A stretch of 64,000 nucleotides of DNA. Source: a bacterium (lineage in GTDB: Bacteria; Hinthialibacterota; Hinthialibacteria; Hinthialibacterales; Hinthialibacteraceae). The position numbers and the translations under genes were made by a program. The stretch spans positions 64,001 through 128,000 of the forward strand of contig CAXXMV010000001.1 of NCBI GenBank assembly GCA_963662285.2, written 5' to 3'. The notes under the pieces are model-generated. The model was given only the letters and a program-made list of their open reading frames with translations, did not search any database and was not told where the DNA came from. Shown here piece after piece: positions 24,560-34,806 of this stretch (position 1 is its first letter; every line of letters starts with the position of its first letter).

Positions 24560-27500
24560 TTATGCATTCAGTATTTGACGGATTTTTGTGGCGATTTCTA
24601 TGTGGGTAAAGGGTTTTTGCAGCAAGTTCATTCCTTCATCCAGGATGCCATGATGCGCAATCAGATCGTCGGTGTAGCCGGATATAAAAAGGACTTTTGC
24701 TTTTGGATTCCTGGCGAGGACGTGATCGGATAATTCTTTACCGCTCATCCCGGGCATAATCACATCGGTGAGCAATAAATCAATTGAGTCATGGAACTGT
24801 TCGAACATGTTTAAACCCATTATGCCATCGTTTGCTACATGAACTATATAACCATATTTATTCAATGTCTTGATAGTCAGGTTTCTGACTAATTGATCAT
24901 CCTCAACCAGTAGTATAGTCTCTGAACCTTGCAGAGATTCGATGGTGATATCCGGTTTAATCATTACCTGCGGCTTCTCGTAAACGCGCGGGAAATATAG
25001 TTTGAAGGTGGTTCCTTTATTTAATTCACTGTATAACCAGATGCATCCATCGCTTTGTTTAACAATACCGTACACGGTAGAAAGTCCGAGACCCGTACCT
25101 TTACTGCGTTCTTTGGTTGTAAAAAATGGTTCGTAAATTCTTTCCTGGGTTTTTTTATCAATCCCGACGCCGGTATCGCTTACAGAAATCATGATGTAAT
25201 CACCGGGTTTTAGTTCTGGATGATGTTCAGTGTATTCATAATCTAATGATACATTAGCGGTTTCGATAATTAGTTTCCCGCCTTTGGGCATGGCGTCGCG
25301 CGCGTTGACTGACAAATTCAAAATTACTTGCTCGATTTGCCCCGGATCAGCTTTTACAATCCCTTCTTCTGAAGATAACCTGGTGATTAAGCGTACATCT
25401 TCTCCAATCAAGCGTTGCAGCATTTTTTCCATATCGCCAATATATTCATTGATTGACATCAACTTAGGCTGCAACACTTGTTTACGGCTGAATGCCAATA
25501 GTTGACGGGTTAAAGACCTGGCTCGCTGCGCTGCTTTTATTATCTGTTCTACATCATCGCGCGTTTGAGGGGGAAGGTTTTCTTCCATTAAAATAAAATC
25601 TGAATGCCCGATAATGGCCAAAATCAGATTATTGAAATCATGAGAGATGCCGCCGGCCAGTTTACCTATAGCTTCCATTTTTTGCGATTGACGTAATTGA
25701 TCCTGAAGATTTTCCAGATCAATCATGTCTTGTTGGAGTTTTTTATTGGCTTGTTGTATTTCTTTAGTGCGTTTACTGACAACATCTTCCAAACCGCTGG
25801 CGTATTTTGCCAGTTTGATCCTTGCTGACAAGGCGATAATAGCGGACGAGCAGACAGTTAAAAATATTAAAATGGTGACGGGCCAAAACCACACGCGATT
25901 CTGCAAAGGTATGGGTGGAATACTAAAACTGAATACTGCGGGAGAAGGATCAACATTCCCATTTCGGTCAACAGCCTTAACTTCTAATTGATGGGCGCCT
26001 ACTTCAAGCCCGGTGGCGGATGCGATGGTATCCGGTGAATATGACGACCATGGGCCATTATTAAACCGGTATGAGAATAATAATCGCTCGTCTCTGGTGT
26101 ATTTCCATTGATCCTTGCCTGTGAAGGAGAAATGCACCTCTCCGCCCGGCATAGCATTTTCTGCATTAATTTCCGGCGGAATATAGGTTTGTGGAGGATA
26201 GGGATCGGCCTCCGGGTGGTATTGGTATACTGATCCACCAGCCAGCGCCCATAACCTGTTGGAGGAATCTTCTATGACCTGATTAATTATTTTGTCGGGG
26301 AGACCTTCATCCGCCGAATGGGTAATCCAACTGTTTTTATAATAACGATGTAAATTTTTGCCAGATGCCACCCATATTCTGTCTTGGCTGTCTTTAATCA
26401 TGGAATTAATTCGTTCTTTAGCAGGAGAACTCTGAATTTTAGTCCACTTATCTCTATTATATTGCTGAATTATCCCTGTGCCTCCGATCCATACATTGTA
26501 ATCATCCACCTTAAGCGCGGTTATAGTATCTTTCCCCAAATAACCATCTTCTTCAGAAAATATCCGGTTTTCGCCTTTATCATGAAAGGCGACGCCTTCG
26601 GTGCTGCAAATCCAATATTGTTGATTGCCTAATGACAAAACATAGCGTATCCGGAGAAATTTTCTTGAAAAAACGTTGTCTATCAGCGGTTTAAAATCAA
26701 GGCCGTAAAATACACTATGTTGGTATTTTGAATCTGCATCATTCTCAATCCACACCAGGCCATCTTCTTCGGGGAAAACTTTCAGAATGTTCTTATTTTC
26801 AGGAATAGGAGCAAACTGATATTGCATATCTTCTTTGGTATCATAAAGACAAAGACGTTTTTCTGCGGAATAATTGTCGATAACAACAACAGCCAGTTGG
26901 TTATCAGATAATGAGGCAATCGAATTGTAAAAATGATAGTTTTCGGGAGGAAGATATTCAGAAAAACTATTATTATGAAAACGAAACAACTTTTCTTGCG
27001 CTAAAAACCAAAGGTTGTGCTTTGCATCCTCATAAATCGACATTATTTCATCATTAACAGAACGAAAATAATCATTCTCCTGCCATAGAGGAGGCGACCA
27101 TTTCAACACTCCATTCGCGGTTGCAACCCAGAATGTACCATCCCTAGAGTTCAACAAAGGTTTTGAAATAGCTTTTAATTCAAAAGGCATGTCATAATTA
27201 AATGAAGAATCCTTGATCTTAGTAAACACTGAATTATTTTTCAGCAACCAAATACTATGATCCGGGGTTTGCCATCCGTATTCAAGAATTTCATCATCGA
27301 TTTGGTATATAACGTTCCATTTATCTTTGTCAAATTCTAAAAGAACATACTTATCTTTATCATTTTCACCTATAACAAAAAAATGGTCAGAATCGCTGAT
27401 TAGTAAATTATGAAGCATGGATAATCCACTGGTTTGATCAAGAAGATAAACAGTTAATGTGATGCGGTTCGAGGTTAAATCGGTAAGATCGGTTTTAGCG

Positions 27501-28096
27501 ATTCCATTGTTTCCTACTATCCATATATTACTATCTGGAGTCCTATGAATTTCATGCAAACCACCCAAGGCATCAGGCGCATCGTTTTGTATGATAGTTG
27601 TTGATTTTGTATTAGCGTCGTATCGATAAATATGATTATTTTGAAGATAGAGTAATTGGTTGTTTCCAATGGGAACAAAAGGTAAGTTATGTTTATTATT
27701 GTCAAAGGATGATTCGATATTATCATCACGATATGGAATCCATGAGTTATCACTGAATTTCTGGAAACCGATTATAAATCTTTTGGTATCATCCCATAAA
27801 AGAGACCATAGGATTCCTGAAGCATCATCAATAATAGCAGCCCAATGCCCCGGGCTGGGGATATTCTCTACATCATAATCCTTTATTAGAGTTGATTTAT
27901 CAACATGACCATGGTTCAGCAAAATAGAACCATCTTTGCCTTGATAAATCTGCATAGTCCACGATTCGCCTAAATTGTCCTGGGCGTTCCATAACCTCCA
28001 CTCAACCAGATTTTCAGAAAAAGCAGATAATGATACAAACAGCAAAGCAATTATGCAGTAGAAGATGATTGTTTTATTTTTTTTTCTCATAGTCAT
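24560..28096 (-). CDS. Hybrid sensor histidine kinase/response regulator (beta-propeller + Y_Y_Y + TM + HisKA + HATPase + REC)
   Basis: Signal peptide, propeller repeats (DGTFWVAT, DSQDRIWVAS), FSYRFNNGPWS, H-box LAGGISHDFNN, NARDAMPKGG, DTGVG, PFFTTK..GTGLGL, and a receiver domain (ILLVEDD..LLLTDVIMP). Confidence 0.95.
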   Translation of the reverse strand: MTMRKKNKTIIFYCIIALLFVSLSAFSENLVEWRLWNAQDNLGESWTMQIYQGKDGSILLNHGHVDKSTLIKDYDVENIPSPGHWAAIIDDASGILWSLLWDDTKRFIIGFQKFSDNSWIPYRDDNIESSFDNNKHNLPFVPIGNNQLLYLQNNHIYRYDANTKSTTIIQNDAPDALGGLHEIHRTPDSNIWIVGNNGIAKTDLTDLTSNRITLTVYLLDQTSGLSMLHNLLISDSDHFFVIGENDKDKYVLLEFDKDKWNVIYQIDDEILEYGWQTPDHSIWLLKNNSVFTKIKDSSFNYDMPFELKAISKPLLNSRDGTFWVATANGVLKWSPPLWQENDYFRSVNDEIMSIYEDAKHNLWFLAQEKLFRFHNNSFSEYLPPENYHFYNSIASLSDNQLAVVVIDNYSAEKRLCLYDTKEDMQYQFAPIPENKNILKVFPEEDGLVWIENDADSKYQHSVFYGLDFKPLIDNVFSRKFLRIRYVLSLGNQQYWICSTEGVAFHDKGENRIFSEEDGYLGKDTITALKVDDYNVWIGGTGIIQQYNRDKWTKIQSSPAKERINSMIKDSQDRIWVASGKNLHRYYKNSWITHSADEGLPDKIINQVIEDSSNRLWALAGGSVYQYHPEADPYPPQTYIPPEINAENAMPGGEVHFSFTGKDQWKYTRDERLLFSYRFNNGPWSSYSPDTIASATGLEVGAHQLEVKAVDRNGNVDPSPAVFSFSIPPIPLQNRVWFWPVTILIFLTVCSSAIIALSARIKLAKYASGLEDVVSKRTKEIQQANKKLQQDMIDLENLQDQLRQSQKMEAIGKLAGGISHDFNNLILAIIGHSDFILMEENLPPQTRDDVEQIIKAAQRARSLTRQLLAFSRKQVLQPKLMSINEYIGDMEKMLQRLIGEDVRLITRLSSEEGIVKADPGQIEQVILNLSVNARDAMPKGGKLIIETANVSLDYEYTEHHPELKPGDYIMISVSDTGVGIDKKTQERIYEPFFTTKERSKGTGLGLSTVYGIVKQSDGCIWLYSELNKGTTFKLYFPRVYEKPQVMIKPDITIESLQGSETILLVEDDQLVRNLTIKTLNKYGYIVHVANDGIMGLNMFEQFHDSIDLLLTDVIMPGMSGKELSDHVLARNPKAKVLFISGYTDDLIAHHGILDEGMNLLQKPFTHIEIATKIRQILNA

Positions 28097-28224
28097 ACTT
28101 TTAATTTAAATAAAAAAACAAAAAAACGATTGTATACCATTGTTTGATAGTTTATAATCTACTTGTTTTACTTGAATAAAGCAACACAAATCCAGTGAAT
28201 TAACAAAACAAAAGGAGGATTTTC

Positions 28225-28560
28225 ATGGCTGCTAAAATCACTAAATCGTTTGTCCTGAAAGATCTCATAATTTTCGACGAGGGGAAAAAGTTTGTTATAG
28301 ATAAGCTTGAAATTGCGGAATCGGGTGAATTGGTCGGTATTTTGAAAAAAGATAAACATGAAGGCCCAATTCCCAAGACCGTAAACCGCATGGAAATTTC
28401 AGTCGAAGTTAGAGAGGATAATTTAATCCAAAAGACGCATAAATTCGTTGGACACAGTGATACGAATTTTGAAAAAGCAGAGGTATTTCCTGAGATTCAT
28501 CATTACGGCATATCATCAATATCGAATTACATGGTAGTACTGCCATCAAAGAAAAAATAG
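28225..28560 (+). CDS. Hypothetical protein
   Basis: 111-aa ORF with a strong AGGAGG RBS, followed by a terminator hairpin. Confidence 0.7.
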   Translation: MAAKITKSFVLKDLIIFDEGKKFVIDKLEIAESGELVGILKKDKHEGPIPKTVNRMEISVEVREDNLIQKTHKFVGHSDTNFEKAEVFPEIHHYGISSISNYMVVLPSKKK

Positions 28561-28572
28561 AACAAGTTATAT

Positions 28573-28639
28573 CTGTCCAACGAAAACTGAAATATGCAAT
28601 ATATACTTGTATTTCATTAGTAGTTGGACAGTTTTTTTT
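28573..28639 (+). terminator. Probable intrinsic terminator
   Basis: Long hairpin CTGTCCAAC...GTTGGACAG followed by a T run. Confidence 0.55.
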
Positions 28640-28775
28640 AGTAAAATTTCAGTTCCCGCAATTTGATTTAAGAAAACCAGATAAGATCATATTATTAGTC
28701 ATATGTTGATTAAATAGAAATGGGGAATTGCGTCTATTATTACGCGTTTTTCCAGCAATGTCTCTTAAACATTTT

Positions 28776-28960
28776 GTAACAGGTCAGCCATATGAAGCAG
28801 TAACACTATAACTATGTTTTATACAAGGCTTTTTTATTAAAATTCTCCCTCCAAGTTTGGGGGGAGTTAGAGGGGGGTTGCGTTTCAACGAATCGACCCC
28901 CACCTAACCTCCCCCAGGCTTGGGGGAGGGATAACGCACTTCAATTGGCTGACCAGTTAT
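28776..28960. mobile_element. 185-bp MITE-like element with 15-bp TIRs, an 8-bp target-site duplication and an internal inverted REP pair
   Basis: TIRs GTAACAGGTCAGCCA / TGGCTGACCAGTTAT (13/15 match). Flanking direct repeats AACATTTT at 28768-28775 and 28961-28968. Internal CTCCC..CCAAG..TTGGGGGGAG palindromes at 28841-28931. Confidence 0.7.
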
Positions 28961-28994
28961 AACATTTTTTAGAGTAAATTCAGGAATATTATCA

Positions 28995-29909
28995 ATGATA
29001 TCAAAAGGTATTGCATATATCGTCGATCAGAAATATGAGGAAATGTTGTATGTCTCATTGCTTAGTTTGTTGGATAAGGGAAATATAAAAGGGACTATCC
29101 CTATCATAGTATATTCATTCGGTTTTTCCGAAGAATATGAAGATAAAATCAAAGATTTGAATTATGTTGATATTCTTGATATTAATAAAATTACTGAAGT
29201 CTCTTATACTAACATTGATCCGCATCATCGGCAGCGTATTATCAAAACTCTGGTTTTCGATGATCTCTCGCCATTTGATATAACATTGTTGCTTGACGCC
29301 GATACCATAATTTTGAATGACATTAATGGAATTTTCCATAATCTGGAAAAGTCAGGATGCAGTTTCGCCGCAGTACCTGAAATCAAGCCTTCTCATGAAG
29401 ATTCGTTGTTTTTTTTCATCAAAAAATATAAAAGGAAAGATTTCGAAGTCGTCTCCAGGAAAGTATCAGAAATTTTAGGCCTTACCTTCCCCGATGATAT
29501 TAATATTCCCTATTTTAATGGCGGCGTACTATGCGCATATAAAGGCGATTGGAGCCGTGAATGGAGAGAGATTATTCTGCGGTCGCAACTGGCGCCAGAG
29601 GTGGAGATACGCGACGATCAGCTTCCATTACAGGCTGCATTGATCAATACCGAAACCAAAGTACTAACCCTTAATCCAACCTGGAATTTCAGTTTTTTCA
29701 CCAGCCTTGAATCCAATGGCCACTGGTGGAATATAATGGATTTATTTGATAGCAAAGCGCCAATGCAATCGACTTCGGGTGATATCGAACCTCTACGCAT
29801 CCTCCACGCTATCGGGGGAAAGTTATGGACAATACCGTTTATCCGGTTCCCGGCCAATAAGTTGTATCTTGATTACATGATGTCGATTATATACAAAAAA
29901 GAGAATTAA
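28995..29909 (+). CDS. Glycosyltransferase, GT8-like
   Basis: LLLDADTII (DxD), FAAVPE, YFNGGV, DDQLPL, LNPTWN and ILHAIG motifs. Confidence 0.85.
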   Translation: MISKGIAYIVDQKYEEMLYVSLLSLLDKGNIKGTIPIIVYSFGFSEEYEDKIKDLNYVDILDINKITEVSYTNIDPHHRQRIIKTLVFDDLSPFDITLLLDADTIILNDINGIFHNLEKSGCSFAAVPEIKPSHEDSLFFFIKKYKRKDFEVVSRKVSEILGLTFPDDINIPYFNGGVLCAYKGDWSREWREIILRSQLAPEVEIRDDQLPLQAALINTETKVLTLNPTWNFSFFTSLESNGHWWNIMDLFDSKAPMQSTSGDIEPLRILHAIGGKLWTIPFIRFPANKLYLDYMMSIIYKKEN

Positions 29910-29921
29910 AGGCAGCCTATT

Positions 29922-31115
29922 ATGCCCAATCATAATAATTTATGTTTTGCCGCAAAACCCCGCTTACATATTCTTGGCATTGCCCATACCCGTTTCACAG
30001 ATGAGTACTCCAATTGTTCATTCACTTCACTCACCCGCCGTTTTTGCAATATGATGCATGCAAATGGATACGAAGTATTTGTGTATGGAACTTCGGGCGG
30101 GCATTTGGAATGTACTGAATTTGTTGAATGCCTTGAAAAGAATGAATTCGAACGTTATTTCTATCAAAAAAAATCTGATTCTGAAAATCATTCATCAGGA
30201 AACCTGATTCAAGAAGGCTGGGCTTTATTTAATGAGAATTGCGAAACAGAGTTAAAACGCAGAATTCAAAAAAACGATATTGTCATAATTCATTTTGAAG
30301 ATTCTCAAAAATTCGCCTTTGACATACCTGAAGCAATAACCGTTGATGCGCACTATGGAATGATGAAACCGAAATATACCGTCTACCCCTCAAAAACATG
30401 GCGTTCTTATATGTATGGCTTGTCAATTCATAACACTATGCTTGAGAAAGTTGCACCTCCTTATTGGAATGATGTGGTTATATATCATTACCTCGATCTG
30501 GAGAGTTTCCCTCACCAGGAGCAAAAAGAAGATTACGCCGTCTTCCTGGGAAAAATCGTCACTACCAAGGGAGTATATGACGTCATACGTCTGTGCCAGG
30601 AGAAAGGGGTTAAATTAAAAATCGCTGGAAGCATAAACCAGGATATTGAAGAAGATTTATTTAAATACTTAAAAGAACATCCTACTGCTGAATATATGGG
30701 AGTACTGGATGCTAACCAGCGCACTCAATTGATTGGTAAAGCAAAATGCTTGTTTTGCCCGACTTACCACCTGGAGCCATTCGGTTTAATCGCCATTGAA
30801 GCCATGGCTACGGGAACGCCCGTTATTGCCACCGATTGGGGAGGCTTTTCTGAAACAGTGATACATGGCAAAACCGGTTTTTTGATTTCTCATTATTCAG
30901 ATTTGGGAAATGCGCTGGATAACATCGACCGAATCTCTCCCCATGACTGCAGGAAATGGATTGAAGCCAATTTTACAACCGGGATTGCTTTTGAATATTA
31001 CGACAGATTCTTTAAGCGGATCATGGCCATAGAATCATCCCAGGGGAATAGTTGGTATACTGCGAAATTCATTGGTGATGGGCCGATATCTCAGGTTTTG
31101 GTGCATCCCTGGTAA
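29922..31115 (+). CDS. Glycosyltransferase, GT4 (GT-B)
   Basis: FLGKIVTTKG and EPFGLIAIEAMATGTPVIATDWGGFSETVIHGKTGF. Confidence 0.9.
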   Translation: MPNHNNLCFAAKPRLHILGIAHTRFTDEYSNCSFTSLTRRFCNMMHANGYEVFVYGTSGGHLECTEFVECLEKNEFERYFYQKKSDSENHSSGNLIQEGWALFNENCETELKRRIQKNDIVIIHFEDSQKFAFDIPEAITVDAHYGMMKPKYTVYPSKTWRSYMYGLSIHNTMLEKVAPPYWNDVVIYHYLDLESFPHQEQKEDYAVFLGKIVTTKGVYDVIRLCQEKGVKLKIAGSINQDIEEDLFKYLKEHPTAEYMGVLDANQRTQLIGKAKCLFCPTYHLEPFGLIAIEAMATGTPVIATDWGGFSETVIHGKTGFLISHYSDLGNALDNIDRISPHDCRKWIEANFTTGIAFEYYDRFFKRIMAIESSQGNSWYTAKFIGDGPISQVLVHPW

Positions 31116-31261
31116 GCGATAGACTGCATTAATTGTATATAACAAAAATAGGAGGGATGCACTGATGGAAATCTTGATGAGTGAAGGTAAATCTGAATGC
31201 CCGTAAAATATAGATGACGCAAAGCGAAACGCGCCCCATCGCATCTCTACTCGCGCAACCC

Positions 31262-31603
31262 CTACGACAAATCCTCCAAAGTAATATCTTCAATTTCGGG
31301 TGATATATTAACTTGAAGTGATTCATATAGACTCAGAATCCCGGTTTGAAGATGCATGGCCGCTTCGCATAGGGGAGAGCAAATTTCGCCGGTGGGATCA
31401 TGTTCACGGGCCAGTTCAATCGATTCTTCGATTCTTTCCAGCGCGGTTTTACCTGTCTTAAATGTTATTAATAAAGAATTTATATAATGAAACTTAAATT
31501 CAGAATCAGGATCTTCATCAGAAACTGTATTTAGAATAACTTTCACTTCATTAATCAGACCAACCAACACTCCATCTCGAATAAATCTCTTATGCGCCAT
31601 CAT
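31262..31603 (-). CDS. Hypothetical protein
   Basis: 113-aa helical ORF with a GGAG RBS. No recognisable motif. Confidence 0.55.
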   Translation of the reverse strand: MMAHKRFIRDGVLVGLINEVKVILNTVSDEDPDSEFKFHYINSLLITFKTGKTALERIEESIELAREHDPTGEICSPLCEAAMHLQTGILSLYESLQVNISPEIEDITLEDLS

Positions 31604-31716
31604 CTAACTCCAAAATAAAATTTATTACTACAATTTAGTATACTTGGAGATTTTTAAAATATACAAGTATTTTAGTGATTCATTAATTTTTCATCTTGAG
31701 GATAGGTATAATAAAT

Positions 31717-31750
31717 AGTGGGCTGCAAGCGAAACGCTATACAGCCCACT
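31717..31750. repeat. REP-like/terminator hairpin
   Basis: AGTGGGCTG-caagcgaaacgctata-CAGCCCACT, just downstream of the fucosidase gene. Confidence 0.55.
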
Positions 31751-31756
31751 GAAATA

Positions 31757-33241
31757 CTATTTTATATCTATGATCTTGAATACATATAAGTATTGCAATT
31801 CCGGGGCGATCTTGTTTGGATCAAAGTCAGGCATTTCGATTACTATATTACCATCGCTTTGTTTCCATTCAAGTTTTTCTCCAGTGGCGAGAAATTCAAC
31901 TGTGCAGTCTTTCGATGCAGAGACGTCTTTGATAACCAATTCTTTGCCCGGCCATCGAGGAGTCATAGCGAACAAAGCATCGTCTTTAGAGGTAAAGATG
32001 ATTTCTTTGGTTGCATAACCCGGTTCGGGATTGACCATCAATTTCAGAATATACTCGCCGCCCAGGTAACTCTGTTTCTTTGGTTTATAATTACGGTCTC
32101 CAGCGGACCATTGATTGGAGCGTTGCCATTTGCGCGTACCGTATATCGCATCGCCGTTAACTGCAAGCCATTTTCCAATCTGAATTAAGCGCTCTTGCAT
32201 AATAACCGGGATGCTGCCGCGTCCATCTGGACCGATGTCCAACAGTAGGTTTCCACCATGGCTCACAATATCAGCCAACATCAATATCAGCACCTGCGGC
32301 GAGTTGTAATCGTCTGCGTCTTCGTTTTGGTTATAACCGAATGAAAAACCCATACCCCGGCATTCTTCCCAGGGTTTATCGTAATTGGCGGTGGCGTCAT
32401 ATTCGGTGGTGAAGTATCCACCATGCTTTTGCCTTACTCCTTTGCCCCAGCGGTCATTAATAACGATAGTGTCTTTGACGGATGATTCGTTGAACAGCCA
32501 GGCCAGCAGTTCCTGTGATTTCCACTTTTCCGCTTCCATATCCCACTCGCCGTCGCCCCATAAAATATCCGGTTGATAGCGCTCAACCAAATCTTTAACC
32601 TGAGGGTGGAAATGTTCTTTAACGAAGCGGTCTTTATCGTTCTGCCACCAGGGGTGATACCATTCATACAATGAATAATAGAAGCCCATTTTGATGCCCG
32701 CCTCTTTAACCGCTGGAGTCAGTTCACCTAACAGGTCGCGCTTGGAACCAACATCAGCGCTGTTCCAGGCGAAACCACGGTCATTGGCCTGCTTATTGGG
32801 CCACAGGCAGTAACCATCGTGATGCTTTGAGGTGATTACAATATATTTGGCGCCAGCGCGTTTGAATAAATCAGCCCATTCCTGCGCATCGAACAAATCC
32901 GCTTTGAACTGCTCGCCGAATTTATAATAGGGAAAATCTTCACCATAAGTTTTTGTATGATAATCATAAACTTCGGTTCCCTTAAATTTACCATTGCCAG
33001 ATAATGATTTGTTTTGCAACCAATGTTGATACCATTCAGAATAAGTGCCTTTGGGCGTAAACGCTGGAACCGCGTATGGTCCCCAGTGAATAAAAATACC
33101 AAATTTGGCATCCTCAAACCATTGGGCGACCGGGCGCTGGTCTAATGATTCCCAAGTGGCTTCATAATCCGCTGAGTAAGTTGGAAGAGCGGAAAAGGCC
33201 GCGAACATGAATAAACAAATGGCTAGTATCTTTCGCATCAA
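31757..33241 (-). CDS. Alpha-L-fucosidase (GH29)
   Basis: YEATWESLD, WFEDAKFGIFIHWG, SKHHDGYCLW, YYSLYEW, ILWGDG, INDRWG, WEECRG and GGNLLLDIGP motifs. Confidence 0.96.
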   Translation of the reverse strand: MMRKILAICLFMFAAFSALPTYSADYEATWESLDQRPVAQWFEDAKFGIFIHWGPYAVPAFTPKGTYSEWYQHWLQNKSLSGNGKFKGTEVYDYHTKTYGEDFPYYKFGEQFKADLFDAQEWADLFKRAGAKYIVITSKHHDGYCLWPNKQANDRGFAWNSADVGSKRDLLGELTPAVKEAGIKMGFYYSLYEWYHPWWQNDKDRFVKEHFHPQVKDLVERYQPDILWGDGEWDMEAEKWKSQELLAWLFNESSVKDTIVINDRWGKGVRQKHGGYFTTEYDATANYDKPWEECRGMGFSFGYNQNEDADDYNSPQVLILMLADIVSHGGNLLLDIGPDGRGSIPVIMQERLIQIGKWLAVNGDAIYGTRKWQRSNQWSAGDRNYKPKKQSYLGGEYILKLMVNPEPGYATKEIIFTSKDDALFAMTPRWPGKELVIKDVSASKDCTVEFLATGEKLEWKQSDGNIVIEMPDFDPNKIAPELQYLYVFKIIDIK

Positions 33242-33484
33242 TCAAATCCTTGTTTTTATAAGATTTCATGGTGTAATCCATCAAAAATTGTACATTTATA
33301 TTGGGCAAAACGTAATGTTCATTGTCTCTTGTATTATTAATGGTCGATTCATTTTTATATTATTTAGAAATGGCTCATAGGTTTAAGGTTTAACTTGTGG
33401 AAAAAATCAGGTACTGTTATTAGACAGTGGATATGCCGGTTTAGAATGATTGTTGATGTAATTTAATGCTTAGGAGATCGTTAA

Positions 33485-34498
33485 ATGAAAAAGAGACTGT
33501 TATGTAGATCAATGACGCTTAGAAATCTATTTATCTGTTTACTAGGATTTATCATTGCAACAACAAATGCGGTTGTGGTTTGCAGCAGTGAAGCCGAGAC
33601 CAGCGTTCCTCCAATGCCGGAGGGATATTCCAGTGAAATGATGATTAAAACGGCCTTTCTGCTTAATCAAATAAAGCTGATTGATGCCAAAAACGTCATT
33701 GTTCCCGACAATGTGATTGAACAAATGGATATCGAATATGGCAAAGCCGGGGATAAGTCATTACAGCTGGATTTATACAGCCCCAAGGAAATGAATAAAC
33801 CGGCGCCGGGGATCATCTTTATCCACGGGGGAGGCTGGAAAAGCGGTCATCGCCGGGATATGAAATTTTATACAGTCAATTTCGCCAAACGGGGATACGT
33901 ATGCGCTACGGTATCATACCGTTTAACTGGCGAGGCCCTGTTTCCCGCCGCTGTTCAGGACGTCAAATGCGCCGTACGCTGGATGCGCGCCAATGCCGGG
34001 AAATATAATATCGATCCTGATCGAATTGTCGTATCCGGGAACTCGGCTGGCGGGTACCTGTCTTTAATGACCGGCTATTCATCAGATGTTCCCGAATTGG
34101 AGGGGGATAGTGGAAATGCCGGAGTCAGCAGCCGTCCCCGGGCGGTTATCAATTTCTATGGTCCTGTAGACCTGACCACCGATTTCGCCAGGAAACAGAG
34201 TCTGGTAGTGGACTTTTTGGGGAAATCCTATGATGAAGATCCAAAACTGCATACCTTCGCTTCTCCCATATCGCATCTGACCAAGGACGATCCACCGACT
34301 TTGATTTTGCATGGAACCATTGATAGCATCGTCCCCATCAAACAAGCGGATATGCTGGCGGATAAATTGAAATCATTGGGAATCGATTATTTCTATGAAA
34401 AATATGAAGGATGGCCGCATACGATGGATTTAGCCGAAGCGGTTAACTTGCGTTGTCAGTATCAGATGGTTCAGTTTTTGGAGAAATATTTGAAGTAA
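33485..34498 (+). CDS. Secreted alpha/beta-hydrolase (HSL/BD-FAE-like esterase)
   Basis: HGGGW oxyanion motif, GNSAG nucleophile, HGTIDSIVP and WPH. Confidence 0.9.
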   Translation: MKKRLLCRSMTLRNLFICLLGFIIATTNAVVVCSSEAETSVPPMPEGYSSEMMIKTAFLLNQIKLIDAKNVIVPDNVIEQMDIEYGKAGDKSLQLDLYSPKEMNKPAPGIIFIHGGGWKSGHRRDMKFYTVNFAKRGYVCATVSYRLTGEALFPAAVQDVKCAVRWMRANAGKYNIDPDRIVVSGNSAGGYLSLMTGYSSDVPELEGDSGNAGVSSRPRAVINFYGPVDLTTDFARKQSLVVDFLGKSYDEDPKLHTFASPISHLTKDDPPTLILHGTIDSIVPIKQADMLADKLKSLGIDYFYEKYEGWPHTMDLAEAVNLRCQYQMVQFLEKYLK

Positions 34499-34516
34499 AT
34501 GAAGTAATAGTATAGC

Positions 34517-34803
34517 ATGGGTGGCAAGGACAGTGTCCTTTCTGTCCTTGACTGACAACTATGGAGATACAAAATCCACCTTGATTCTTTATAATCCAAG
34601 TACGGGTCCAATAAATTGGATTTAATTATGTCATCAACGTGGATTGATGAAAAAAAAACAATGCAAATAAATGAAGTAAACTCAATCAAGGGCAGAAAAT
34701 ACACTGCCCTTGGCACCCAGCATTAACATAAGTGAATTGAATATCCCCCTCACCCTTGCCCACTCCCGGCGGGAGAGGGGACATTCAATAATCCGGTTAT
34801 GTT
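34517..34803. repeat. REP-like repeat cluster
   Basis: ATGGGTGGCAAGGAC..GTCCTTGA (34517-34551, inverted copy), AACTCAATCAAGGGCAGAAAATACACTGCCCTTGGCACCCA (34679-34719) and CCCCTCACCC..GGGAGAGGGG (34744-34782). Confidence 0.7.
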
Positions 34804-34806
34804 GTT

